In this document: piece by piece, positions 49,974 to 61,094 of the stretch
Position numbering within the stretch: position 1 is the first letter of the stretch
Layout of the letters: the number at the start of each line of letters is the position of its first letter
Virus record (IMG/VR): IMGVR_UViG_3300032770_000001
Coordinates: 248,001-312,000 of that record
Direction: 5' to 3' (one strand)
DNA length: 64,000 nt
Notes under the pieces: model-generated
Databases searched by the model: none
What the model was told of the DNA's origin: nothing
The model's input: the letters and a program-made list of their open reading frames with translations, nothing else
Program-made: the position numbers and the translations under genes

Positions 49974-51486
49974 CATCCTCGGCATGTTGGACGAGGGCAA
50001 ACGTATTTACCGCGTGCAGGAAGGTGAAGTGCAACGCGAGGAGTTCGAGTATTGTCAGGTCATCGACCAACTCGTCTTCGGACCGAAGGGCTATGTGGAG
50101 ACGCTCGGTCCGACATGGAACATGATCCATGACCCGCGCTTCGTCAAGATCGAGAACGCATTCATCATCGACCGCAAGTCCATCTTTGGCGGCGATGCCC
50201 GTGTGGGCAAGCAATACATCTCTTCGGACGGTACCTTCTCATCTACGGTAGCCGATCTGGAACAGTACGCTGAAATCCTCGGCGAAGGCCGTCACTTCCA
50301 CAACGTGCTTCAGCACCCGGATGTGAAGTGTCCGGTGCGTGCATGGCTGGAGCGCACCTTCAAAAAGACCGAGGTCAAGCCGGATGAGACGCTGGCGTGC
50401 ACCTGTCCGGAAGGAATGAAAATTGATCCCAAGAAGCTGACTCTCTGGACGGACACACAGCTTTGGGGTTTGATCCGCACCGAGTGTCCGAACTATTTCA
50501 CGCAGAAGGGTAAGCCCAACAAGCTGGCTGTCCGCCTGTTCGATTTGTTCCGTGCCGATCTTGTGGGATTGGTTGCTGACTACTGCGAGACCCCGCTGAT
50601 CGATGAGTGGCAAATGCTCGACACTGGCGACGTGGTGGAGACCACCAACGCCGAAAACGTTCTGGATGTGCAGCCGCAAGTCTTCATGGAAGTCGATATC
50701 CTCGAAAAGGCTCTGACCTACCGTGCGACCCTGCGTGCGACCGCAGCCAAGATTCTCAAGCAGTGCGGCTTCGCAAGTTATCTGAAGAACATCACAAAAG
50801 ACCTGCCGGATGGGACGCCTATCCTCACCGATACGGAGACCGACACGTTGCTCCGCACCATCTATCAATCGGATTGGCCGAACGACAAGCCTTTGTTGAT
50901 TACCAAGCTCACCACAATCGTCACAGAGGCTCTCAAGGCTCCGTATGAACAACGTTTGGCTGAGCAGACTGCTCGTGCTTCAGAGGAGTCGAAGAAGGTC
51001 GTACAGGAACTCAAGACTGGAAAGACTCTCTGCATCAACCAGTACACTGAGCCTGCCGCTGAAGTCGATCAAGACGCCTACGCCGCGTTGGTGGATGCGA
51101 TCATTAAGAACCCACTCAAGCAGGGACTATTCTTGATTTACGCCGCCGCCGAAAAAGAAATGATGCACAAAGGCATCTCCGGCGAAGGGCTGCTGGCTAC
51201 CTCCGCTCTCGCGGTCGAGGAAGCCATCGGTGAAGAGTCGATCTGCAAGGATAAAGAATGCACGGAGTGTGCGCTGGCCCGCAAGGTCGTGGACATTCTG
51301 GCTCCGATCTTCTCTGCACCGGATTTCCCGTTGTCTGAGGAAGGCTACGAGAAGTTCATGAAGGACGTGCAGGCTACGGGTTGGTTCAAGAAGAACCCAC
51401 TCACTTTCGAAGGTGAGTTCCATTCCGACGAAAGTGGCGAACGCGGCTGGGAGCGTCCTATTGACCCGGATGCACCGACGCAGTAA
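49957..51486 (+). CDS. hypothetical protein
   Basis: 509-aa ORF with AGGAG RBS. Confidence 0.75.
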   Translation: MDRIRSILGMLDEGKRIYRVQEGEVQREEFEYCQVIDQLVFGPKGYVETLGPTWNMIHDPRFVKIENAFIIDRKSIFGGDARVGKQYISSDGTFSSTVADLEQYAEILGEGRHFHNVLQHPDVKCPVRAWLERTFKKTEVKPDETLACTCPEGMKIDPKKLTLWTDTQLWGLIRTECPNYFTQKGKPNKLAVRLFDLFRADLVGLVADYCETPLIDEWQMLDTGDVVETTNAENVLDVQPQVFMEVDILEKALTYRATLRATAAKILKQCGFASYLKNITKDLPDGTPILTDTETDTLLRTIYQSDWPNDKPLLITKLTTIVTEALKAPYEQRLAEQTARASEESKKVVQELKTGKTLCINQYTEPAAEVDQDAYAALVDAIIKNPLKQGLFLIYAAAEKEMMHKGISGEGLLATSALAVEEAIGEESICKDKECTECALARKVVDILAPIFSAPDFPLSEEGYEKFMKDVQATGWFKKNPLTFEGEFHSDESGERGWERPIDPDAPTQ

Positions 51487-52895
51487 GCTAAGACAGTGCC
51501 GCAGCTAGTCAAAACCGAAACGGGCAGCCTCTACCTGATTGACCAAAAGAAAGGTACATGGAAGAGGGTGTCCGCCACTGAAAATTCCGGCGATTTGCGT
51601 ACCGATGAGGGCACGTTTTACGAAATATCATTGAAGGTGGGCGAAGGCATGGCGATGCTCGGTCCGCCGCTCAGCGATGACGTTGATGGTCGATTCCTGT
51701 ACACCAGTGACGTAGTCGAAATCGAAGAGGTTCCCGAAGCCTAATGGCATACGTCACCTACAACGTCAATCATACGACAGGCGAGATTCGAGAACGGAAG
51801 TACCGATGGAGTACGGAGGACGATCTAATCGGTGTCTGTCCTGCTGGAGAAGACCCGATTCAATTCTGCCTTAAGCTCGCACATGAGGAACTTATCCGGA
51901 GACATAAAGAAGAATGCCGCTAGTATTCAGCAACGCTACATTCACCCACGGCACATATATCATCTTCCTCAACAAGGGAATTATTCCCGGAGGGAAGACC
52001 AACGTGTACGAGGTCTGGTCGAAAGGTGCTGAGGATGAGCTAGGCGATTTGCTCGGCGAGATCAGATGGTTCGGTCGTTGGCGTAAGTATTCGTTTTTTC
52101 CGAAAGGCGACACGATCTACGAGGAAGTCTGCCTGCAAGAGATCACGGACTTTCTCAAGGCAGCGAACATAGCACACCGAGAGGCGAAAAAACATGCTGC
52201 AAACGTTTAGATATTTCGACGTGCAGGGTGACTGTCGCGGTATTGCGGTCGGCACCCATAAACGCACCGAGACCGAAGAAGATGGCACCACGACAGTGTT
52301 CATTCTGAATGGTGATGCTGAAACATTTGTCGCCTGTTTTTTGCTTCTCCCCGGCGAGTTCGTTTCTGCCAATGCACCCGATTTGGAACTCACCACAGCC
52401 TGACTTTCGTATCCCTAAACAGGGGGTACGAATGGACAAGGACTGCCCACATCTCATCCCTGATGAGAACTGGAAGTGCGAAGACTGCGGAGCCGACTAC
52501 CCGCAGCCAGACCTACCACCCGACTGGAATCCTGACATCGGCGATGTAAAAGGCATCTGCACTCATCTAAAGCAGACCTGCAAGGAATTCTCCCTCATAA
52601 TCAAGGCCAATACCGACGCGGATGGCAAGCCCAAAATGCGCATTATCGGCGGTCAACTCTTCCGTCTTCCGCACGACATGATTATCCGGGCGATGATCGG
52701 TCCGTCATTCCTGAAAGCTCGAACCCTCGGCTATCGCGGCAGCGAAAGCAAATGGCGGGAGATGGTGATTGAGGAAATCTCCAATCCGAGCAAAAATTGT
52801 CAGCCTGCAAAATAGGGGCTAATCTACAGAAACCGAAAGATTTAACTTCAAAACCACCCGAAAAATTGCAAATTCAAAAAATATTTTTGGAAAGT

Positions 52896-52925
52896 TAACC
52901 AAATCACCGATTTTGCTGGTAGTAT
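52896..52925 (+). promoter_or_regulatory. phage promoter of rIIA (leaderless)
   Basis: TAACCA-N18-TAGTAT; AT-rich upstream; ATG 6 nt downstream. Confidence 0.7.
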
Positions 52926-52931
52926 ATCGGC

Positions 52932-55574
52932 ATGAAGCTAAACACCCGTGGGAACGACAAGGCGACAGTCGTCGGCGGCAAGAGCCTCGGCACCTATCGC
53001 ATCAACGCCAACAAAGCCGCTTTTGAAACCCTCTCCAGCCGCCTCTACTCCGATAAGATTCGGGCCGTCATTCGTGAACTGGCGTGCAACGCATACGACG
53101 CCCATGTCGCCGCTGACAAAGAGAACGTGCCCTTTGAGGTTCACCTTCCCACGACGTTTGAGCCCCATTTCGAAATGAAGGATTTCGGTACCGGACTGGC
53201 TCACATCGACATCGTCGATCTGTTCTGCACTTATTTCGGCACCAACAAATCCGACAGTGACAAGTTCATCGGAGCCCTCGGTCTCGGATCGAAGTCGCCG
53301 TTCTGTTTGACCATGCGCAACGAGACCACTGGTCGGGAAGAAGCGCAGGGCTTCTCGATTACCAACCGCTTCAAGGGTGACTCCGGTGAGTGCCCGGTCT
53401 GCGGCAAGTTGGTGCTCCTCGTCGATGAATGGATGCGCGATCAGCAGCGAGGTATCCGTTTCACCCGCAAGCCAATCGAACACGAAGTCGGTCGTATCAG
53501 TGAGAAGTCGGCGTTCGACCGGGTCGATACTGACGAAGAAGATTCGCATGTGAACTGCGAAGGCGTCGGGCTCCTGCCGAAGCACGGGGAGTATGAGGGT
53601 TGGGAAGCCAAGCAACCGCTGGTCGTGCGCATGTACGACGCGATGATCGAGGACGGCGAACCGAAACTGATGCTGATGGCTGAGCGCATCGTGCCGGAAG
53701 AGCCCCTCGGAATTACCGTAAAGTTCGATGTCCAGCAGAGCCAGATTTGGGAGTTCGAAAACAAGGCGAAAGTTGCATTCGAATTCTTCGCCCCACGTCC
53801 GATCTTCAACATCGAAGATTTTTCCATTCCTCAGGTCGAATACAGCGTCAAGACGGCTCTGTGGGGAATGCGCAAGGTCGCCGCCACGCCACAGACAAAC
53901 ACCGTGCGTGCGATTCAGGGCAAGGTGCAATACAGCGTCGGCAACATCGACGTGAGCCGCACGACCGACTGGCAGAAGAAACTGCTGGCGATGCCGCTCG
54001 ACCTGTTCTTCCCGATTGGGCAACTCGATCCGGCTGTCAGCCGCGAGACTCTGGAACTGAATGAGCGCACCATCAAGAACATCTTGGGGATGCTCGACAG
54101 CGTCTACGAGGAAATGCTTGCCGAGATCAAGAAAAAGATCGACGCCTGCTCACAGCCGTATGAAGCCCGGTTGCTGGCATGGGAACTGGTGCACTCGGAA
54201 GGCATCGGCAAGATCGTCAACGACGCATGGAACAAGGGCGACCTGTTCGGCAAGTACCAGAATTTCGTTCTGTCCGACAAGAAGCCCTTCCTGAATGATC
54301 TGGACATGGAGCAGACCATTCTCGTTCGATTCTCGAAGAACGGCGAGAAGAAGCGTGCCAAGAAAGAAGTTCTTACCAAAGTCTGCGAGAAGTGGAACAA
54401 GCAAACCGTCATGAGCGATGTCATGGCGGGCCGTGCGAAAAAGGAAGAGTACAACCGTGAGATCGATGTCGAGCCGAAGGTTGCGTTCCTCATCAACGAT
54501 CTGAAACAGGGCGGCGACAAGTACGTCCACTTCCTGATTCAGGAGTGGACGGAACAGGATCACAAAGATTTTGGCTTGAACTGCGAGAAGTCCGTGGTCT
54601 ACATGCTCAACCGTGTGGACAAGTTCGCTGATCCGAAGGAAGTGGCTAAGGAAGCCCGAAAGATGTTGAAGCGCATCGGCAATCCGCCCTTCATTCTCAT
54701 GAGTGAACTCAAGGCGAAGTTGAAGCCGATCCTCGATGTGGAGAACGACAATCCGCGCATGTCGCGTGAGCGGCGTACCATCATCGAACTGAATCTGAAC
54801 CTCGGCAGCCGTCGCCATCAACGTGGTAAAGGCTGGCAGGAAGCTTGGGATAAATCGGAAGAGCAGCCGGAGGGGATCAAGTATTACATCCCGGTTGAGC
54901 GCCTCAAGGCGACCGAATCCGGATTCAACCGCTCTTATGATCTGGTCGATTTCATCAACACGATCATCAAGACTGGTATGTTCGGAATCGATAACACTAC
55001 GGTGATCTACGGTCTGCGCAAGAACAGCAAGCTGCGACAGAAGGCGGAATGGGTTGATCTGATTCCGCACTTGAAGCGTATGATTCCGACCGTCCTGAAC
55101 ACGGACATCGAAATGCGCCTGTCGTATCTTTTGTCGCCGTTCCAGTCCGATCACAGTTCGCTGTTGAGCCGCATCGCAGATAAAAAGCTGCTTTATGCTA
55201 AGAGCCCGTTGCAGAAATTCTGCAACCAGCTTAGAGCGGCACAGAATTCGCAAACGCCGGAGCAGGATCGCGCCCTGCACGAGATCATTCGTCAGGCGCG
55301 TATCTGGGGCATCTATCACGTCACCAACACAGTCACGTTCGATGCGACGTGGAAGGAATTGAAAGAACGGTACCCACTGCTCAAGCTGAGTTGGTATGGT
55401 GCCTATGATGCGAACAAGGATGATCGTCTGATCGTGGATTATCTTCTGATGATCGATGAGCGGGACGGCATCACCGCTCCGGTCCGGGTTCAAGCGGCTG
55501 CGGCGTCCGGCGATGGTATCGTCACCGCCCCATCCGAACTAACAGTTTCCGAGACGGAGGTCTCAAATGTCTAA
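52932..55574 (+). CDS. rIIA: rIIA-like protein (N-terminal GHKL ATPase)
   Basis: LYSDKIRAVIRELACNAYDAH, DFGTGL, IGALGLGSKSPF; followed by rIIB. Confidence 0.9.
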   Translation: MKLNTRGNDKATVVGGKSLGTYRINANKAAFETLSSRLYSDKIRAVIRELACNAYDAHVAADKENVPFEVHLPTTFEPHFEMKDFGTGLAHIDIVDLFCTYFGTNKSDSDKFIGALGLGSKSPFCLTMRNETTGREEAQGFSITNRFKGDSGECPVCGKLVLLVDEWMRDQQRGIRFTRKPIEHEVGRISEKSAFDRVDTDEEDSHVNCEGVGLLPKHGEYEGWEAKQPLVVRMYDAMIEDGEPKLMLMAERIVPEEPLGITVKFDVQQSQIWEFENKAKVAFEFFAPRPIFNIEDFSIPQVEYSVKTALWGMRKVAATPQTNTVRAIQGKVQYSVGNIDVSRTTDWQKKLLAMPLDLFFPIGQLDPAVSRETLELNERTIKNILGMLDSVYEEMLAEIKKKIDACSQPYEARLLAWELVHSEGIGKIVNDAWNKGDLFGKYQNFVLSDKKPFLNDLDMEQTILVRFSKNGEKKRAKKEVLTKVCEKWNKQTVMSDVMAGRAKKEEYNREIDVEPKVAFLINDLKQGGDKYVHFLIQEWTEQDHKDFGLNCEKSVVYMLNRVDKFADPKEVAKEARKMLKRIGNPPFILMSELKAKLKPILDVENDNPRMSRERRTIIELNLNLGSRRHQRGKGWQEAWDKSEEQPEGIKYYIPVERLKATESGFNRSYDLVDFINTIIKTGMFGIDNTTVIYGLRKNSKLRQKAEWVDLIPHLKRMIPTVLNTDIEMRLSYLLSPFQSDHSSLLSRIADKKLLYAKSPLQKFCNQLRAAQNSQTPEQDRALHEIIRQARIWGIYHVTNTVTFDATWKELKERYPLLKLSWYGAYDANKDDRLIVDYLLMIDERDGITAPVRVQAAAASGDGIVTAPSELTVSETEVSNV

Positions 55575-56919
55575 GTGCTCAGTTGTTTCATACGTGTCGA
55601 AGCCCTCATTCGTTTCACTCTACGTGGATCGCGGCAAGGGTGTTGAGAATTTCCGCCTCAACGATACGCACCCGACTTTCAAGAGCCTGTTGCGTGCGTT
55701 GAAGCGTGGCGAAGATCGTCGCGTTCCCAAGCTGCTTTCGGCGGCTGAGAGCATTTCCAACGTCACCCACGGCAACGTGACGGTGATGAAAGACGGCGTG
55801 TACTTCAAGGGGCGCAAGGTGGAAGCCGCTCTGACTCGCCGCATCTACGAACTGGCGTCCCAGAAGGCATCGACTCAGGCTCTCCTGAAATTCATGGACA
55901 ACCTGTTCCAGAATCCTTCCGAGGAAGCGCAGAACGAGTTGTACGAATGGCTCGTGAACTTCAATGACGGCAAGTTCGTGCCGACCGATGATGGCTGTTT
56001 CGTCGCCTACAAGGTCGTCAACCCGGACTACACCGACTGCCGTACTGGTACGGTACTGAACAAGCCCGGTGAGCGTCCGTGGATGCCCCGCAAGGATGTC
56101 GATCCGGACCGCCGCAACGAATGCAGCCGTGGGTTCCACTTCTGCTCACGTCAGTATGTCGGCGTGTTCAATGGTTGGCAGCGTGGCTCCGGCAGCAACC
56201 GCGTGGTCGTGGTGAAAGTCAACCCGAAGGACGTGGTTGCGATCCCGAAGGACTACAGCTTCAACAAGGGGCGCACGTGGACGTATGAAGTGCTTCGCGA
56301 ACTGGAAGAGTTCAACTTCAAGAACGAGCAGGAGCACCCGTACTTCCAGCAGTTGTTCGTGCCTGAGATGAAGGAAAAGGCCGACATTCTCAAGGCTCTG
56401 TACGAACTGCCGAACGTGAAGCGCATCCTCAAGAAGCGCAAGCTGACCAAGACTTCGCTGCGCAAGGCGTCGAAAGAACGTCTCCGCAACTGGTACGGTC
56501 AGTTGCACGCGATGCTGAATCCGCCTGATATGAGCAAGCTGTTCGAGAACCCGTTGAAGGCGACTCTGACGGCGACCAAGGGCGGCATCACCATCGGCAT
56601 GGTCGCAGCCGAACTCGATGTGCCGTACAAGACGATCTACAACGCGGTGAACGGTAAGCCGCCGCAGGAAATGATTGATCTGATCGGCGAAGCCATTGCC
56701 AAGTTGCGTGGCACCAAGGGCAACACGTCGAACAACTCGTATCCGACGCCTGTTTCTGAAAAGCGCACCTACGCGGCGGCAGCCTCGCTGTCCGGCTCGA
56801 CGGTGAATCAGGAAGGCGAAGAGTCCGAGTTCGATGGGCTGTACGACGAATACGGCTACGGAACCATCGATGACGGGTCGGAATTCGACGAGACGGAAGA
56901 AGAACAGGATCAGGACTAA
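55567..56919 (+). CDS. rIIB: rIIB-like protein
   Basis: FMDNLFQNPS, TDDGCFVAYKVV, CSRGFHFCS, VKVNPKDVVAIP. Confidence 0.9.
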   Translation: MSKCSVVSYVSKPSFVSLYVDRGKGVENFRLNDTHPTFKSLLRALKRGEDRRVPKLLSAAESISNVTHGNVTVMKDGVYFKGRKVEAALTRRIYELASQKASTQALLKFMDNLFQNPSEEAQNELYEWLVNFNDGKFVPTDDGCFVAYKVVNPDYTDCRTGTVLNKPGERPWMPRKDVDPDRRNECSRGFHFCSRQYVGVFNGWQRGSGSNRVVVVKVNPKDVVAIPKDYSFNKGRTWTYEVLRELEEFNFKNEQEHPYFQQLFVPEMKEKADILKALYELPNVKRILKKRKLTKTSLRKASKERLRNWYGQLHAMLNPPDMSKLFENPLKATLTATKGGITIGMVAAELDVPYKTIYNAVNGKPPQEMIDLIGEAIAKLRGTKGNTSNNSYPTPVSEKRTYAAAASLSGSTVNQEGEESEFDGLYDEYGYGTIDDGSEFDETEEEQDQD

Positions 56920-57275
56920 CCGTCTCTTAAGTTAGAGGCGAAGCCCGATCTGTTAATCTCTCGACCAACTGACTAAACACACGGGTGGAGTCTCTAAGGG
57001 GAGCACTGGATATGGAAATCCAATCGCTCCCCTTCTCTTTTTTGGTATTAACCGGGTATGAACACCATATTCCGGTGCGCAGAGCACAAACGATTCGAGA
57101 CACAACGAGAAGCCGAAGAGGAACTCCCCAAGATCGCCCTGCACGGCATGAGAAAGGGCGGCGGATCGTGGCGTTTACTTAAGGCATTCCAGTGCGGTGA
57201 CCACTGGCATGTGGGCCGAGATTGGAAGAGCCGCAAAAAACCCTCGTAAGTAGCTGAAAACACGCCAATAAAAAC

Positions 57276-57305
57276 TACCCAAAATCCCTTCCCCGCTGGT
57301 AGAAT
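57276..57305 (+). promoter_or_regulatory. phage promoter of Ku gene
   Basis: TACCCA-N18-TAGAAT. Confidence 0.65.
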
Positions 57306-57325
57306 GTAGGCATCGGAGGGATTTT

Positions 57326-58336
57326 ATGGCGAAATCCAAGAAAGCTGCTCCAGCCGTTGCCGTTGCAGAAGCACCGATCACCAAGGAATCGGCTATGAGC
57401 AAGCTGGCAGCAATGCTGAGCCAGCCCGGTATCACCCCGGTCGTCGCTCCTACTCCTGAAAAGAAAACCACCAAGAGTTCGGTATTCACTGGCGAACTGG
57501 TCATCCTCGAAGGCCGCGCCACTCTCGACATCAAGTGCTATAACGCTGCCGAAGCCGACAGCATCGAGCGCAACAACCTGCACGCCCATACCACCAAGCA
57601 GAAGAACGAGAAGGGCGAGGACGTTGAAGTCACCACCTACAGCAAGGTGAAGAACGGCACGCAGTTCTGCTCCGGCTGCAACAAGACGATCTCGAAAGAC
57701 GAGATCGTGAAGGGCGTCGAAGTCGGCAAGGACAAATACGTCACCTTGACCGATCAGGAAATTCAGGAAGTCGCACCGCTCAAGGCGAATCAGATGTTCG
57801 TTACCGCCTACGTCAAGCCGGAAGATGTCAACCTGACCTACATCGAAGATTCCGAGTACGTCTGCATCGACCCGGACAGCAAGAACCCTCGCAAGGAAGT
57901 TTTCGACACGTTCGTCGATGCGATGTTCAAGCACGGTCGTTACGGCAAGGGTGTGCGTGTGAAAGGCAATCGTGAGCAGTATTTCATCATTCGCCCGGTC
58001 ATGAACAAGCTGGCGGATGGCTCCATCGCCTACGGCATGATGCTGCACCACCTGTTCGCGGAATACGAAGTCCGCGAGTGCAACAAGTTCCAGAAGGCTG
58101 AGCCGAACTCGGAATTGTCGGCAGTCATCGGTCAGTACATGGAAGAGACGACCGAGGGTTTCGTCCCGGCAAAGTACGACAGCTTCCTCGGCAACACGCG
58201 CAATCTGGTGTTGGCGAAGTCGAACGGTGCCGTTGCGTCGATCAAGCAGTCGCACATGGCGCAGGCTCCTGCGACCGATCTGATCGGTGCTTTGAAAGAC
58301 GCTCTCAAGACGAAGAGCGCCAAGGCTGGCAAATAA
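57326..58336 (+). CDS. Ku-like DNA end-binding protein
   Basis: DEIVKGVEVGKDKYVTLTDQEI, LFAEYEVR, DLIGALKDAL. Confidence 0.85.
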   Translation: MAKSKKAAPAVAVAEAPITKESAMSKLAAMLSQPGITPVVAPTPEKKTTKSSVFTGELVILEGRATLDIKCYNAAEADSIERNNLHAHTTKQKNEKGEDVEVTTYSKVKNGTQFCSGCNKTISKDEIVKGVEVGKDKYVTLTDQEIQEVAPLKANQMFVTAYVKPEDVNLTYIEDSEYVCIDPDSKNPRKEVFDTFVDAMFKHGRYGKGVRVKGNREQYFIIRPVMNKLADGSIAYGMMLHHLFAEYEVRECNKFQKAEPNSELSAVIGQYMEETTEGFVPAKYDSFLGNTRNLVLAKSNGAVASIKQSHMAQAPATDLIGALKDALKTKSAKAGK

Positions 58337-58340
58337 GTTC

Positions 58341-58693
58341 GTGCCGTGCGTAGTCGAAAGGCTTACACCAAGTCCGCTGTAGTCGGCAGCCAGTGCCCAC
58401 ACGGATTCAGGTAGCGCACGGCACATAGATTTCAACCCGGTGTAAACGGGAAGGGGTGTAAACGGTTCGCCGGAATGAAGCCCCCGGAACATCGCCGGAC
58501 GAAGCCGGGTTGAGAGGAAAGAGACCACGCCCTATATAGGCGTGGCGGTGAGGCGGGTTCCGTAAAAGAGCGGCCCACGATGTACCTGACAGCATAGGGA
58601 GGGCTTAGCGACAAACACTGGTGTCCGGCAGTAAGCTACGCCCGGAGAAACAAAACGGACGCCGGAAGGAATGGTTGAGACCGAACCGCCTCA
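58341..58693 (+). ncRNA. tandem structured RNA modules of unknown family
   Basis: three closing stems of 10, 9 and 8+ bp, each enclosing internal hairpins. Confidence 0.5.
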
Positions 58694-61094
58694 TGCAGAT
58701 TTAGGAGGGAAGCAATGGCGAAACGATATCTTGGCAGGCCATACATCATCGGCCTTGATCGGCGGCATGGCACGGCTGGTCTGTTGGATGAACTACGAAG
58801 GGTCGCACGAGCGACTCAGAAGGCCGATAAAAAAGCTGACGTGGTCACGAGGGGGCGACATCCGAAAAGTTCTCCGAATGCGCTCAGAAAGGCTCTCGAC
58901 GAACTGGCATGAGATACTTCAAACTGGTAGCTGGTGGACGCGGTGACTCAGCCTACGGCGAGTATCAGGAAATCTCCGAAGGCGAGTACAAGTTCACCCT
59001 TGAGAAGTGCATGAAGCCTGCCTATCACGAGAAGCTGTTGCAGCACATGAACGGTTTCGTCTACATGGGTATGGCGTTTATCGCTCTGGAATACGTGAGC
59101 GATGAGACTGACATCGACCGCAAGGCGGAAGCTGAGGATCGAGATCGTGGACGATAAACAGCGCAGGGTCGCGGAACTGGTCGGACTGATCGAAGTTTCG
59201 CGATTGACAATCGCAGGGCACAAGCGCAATCTTAAGATTGCCGAAAGCCTCATCCTGCAATGCACCGGGCGACTGGCGGCTGAGGAAGCAACGCTGGAAC
59301 GCCTGATGAAAGAGATCAAGGCACTTGGGTTTCACGATAGTGGACACGCCAAGGGAGAGATGAAGAAATGGACTTCTTAGTCGGACAACTCGTAAGATGG
59401 TCGAGTCAGTCTCGTGGCTACCAGACAACCAAAGAAGGCATCATCTGCTGCGCCGTGCCTGCTGGTGAGAAGCCGAGCAAAGAATACAAAAACCTGCACA
59501 CGGGCGCGGGATGCGGCTCCAGCCGTAAAGAAATTTCGTATGTGGTCTGCGTGGACGGCAAGTTTTATTGGCCTCGTGTCGGCAGTCTATGCGCGGTGGT
59601 GCATGACCCCAACCGCAGTATTCCTGCGGAGAACTTCGTGCAAACTGTGGCGGCGAACGTCCACAATCCGAGCCTGACGGACAAAGGCTTCCGGGAATTC
59701 GTGAAGAGCACGTTGCCGATAGTGAGGTATTGATGGAATACGAAGTCACATTCAAGAAGCGGTTCAAGGTCCGCGAAGATCAGAACCCGGCTGACATCGG
59801 CAAGAACTACATCGAGACGATGGGTTTTGAAGTCGTGTCCACCGAACTGGTTTACGATCCGACCTACGGTGACGATGTTCTGTGCGAATGCGGTCATGCC
59901 TATTACCGCCACTTCGACACTTACGAGGACATGCGTCCGGTCGGCTGCAAGTATTGCGGCATGTATGTCGAGGGCATATCGCATCGCCGGGAGATTCCTG
60001 TTCCCCCCGATGCGGATGTCTCGAAGTTCACTTTCGAGGACTGGCAGAAATACGCTAGTATTTGCACGGGCTTCAAGAGGGCAAAATGAGAATCGATCAA
60101 TTACAACCCGGTCAGCGAGTTTACAACGTCATCCGCCGCAGGATGGGCAACACGACCCTCCGCGATACCGCCGTGTTTAGCATCGTGGTCAAGGAAATCG
60201 ACCCCGCTGGTCGGTGGGTGCTGGCGTCGTGGAACTCGAATCCGCCTGAGAAGTTCCATGCCACTCAAGTTAGCAAATGGAAAAAGGACAAACCCGTCAC
60301 GGTTGCTATCGGGTTCGGAGCCAGCCGTCTGGCGACACGCGAGGAACTGAAACTCATCAAGGCGCAGAAAGAGATCGACGCCGTCCAGCCTGAGGGCGAC
60401 AATTGCGGAACGCATTTCACTCGTTACCGCACGCTCAAAGTTGATGGTGGACTCACGATCAAGTATTGCAACGTATGCCGACAGGAGCAGGGGTTCAAAG
60501 AGATATGAGAAACCGGGAAGCAGTCCTCAGGGAACTGGCTCCACTGGTGCGAACGATCTATCAACGCGACGACAACGGCTGCTGCTTGCACGCGATGCTG
60601 GATGACGGGAATTGGGAACTGATCTACGAGGATGACCTGTTGGAGCACGATGACTGCCGGAAGGCTCATGAGTTGCTACAGGAACTCGCTCTGGAAGATC
60701 GGCTCCTGCTGGAACACGACGGCGGCAGGGGGCTGCATTTCGGTGAACTGCCGCAGTTCGATGACGAGTACGACCCGAACGAATACGGAGAATGGGGCGA
60801 TGAGGAAGAGACTGAAACCAATTCGACTGGCGACTAAGGACGGCGGCGTGCTGAAAGTGGTCGGACAGGGCAAGGACGCCTGCCTGAATTTCCATGCCGG
60901 GAATGCGCCCTACGCCCTGATCGACAACAGCCTCACTGTGCGCAACTTCCTCCGGGATGCTCTGGAGCGGATGCGCATTCCAATCCACTGCATGACCTGT
61001 TCGGATGATCGCAAGGTACTGCAAGGTACGGGTGACCCTGAGCATCCGCTCAAAGCAGTACCATGCCCGGATTGCACAAAGCGGAGTCAGAAAC

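Noticed and set aside
52938-58528. Long minus-strand ORFs (52938-54023, 54150-55493, 57275-58528 and similar elsewhere)
   Set aside because: These are antisense shadows of well-supported + strand genes and have no recognisable motifs.
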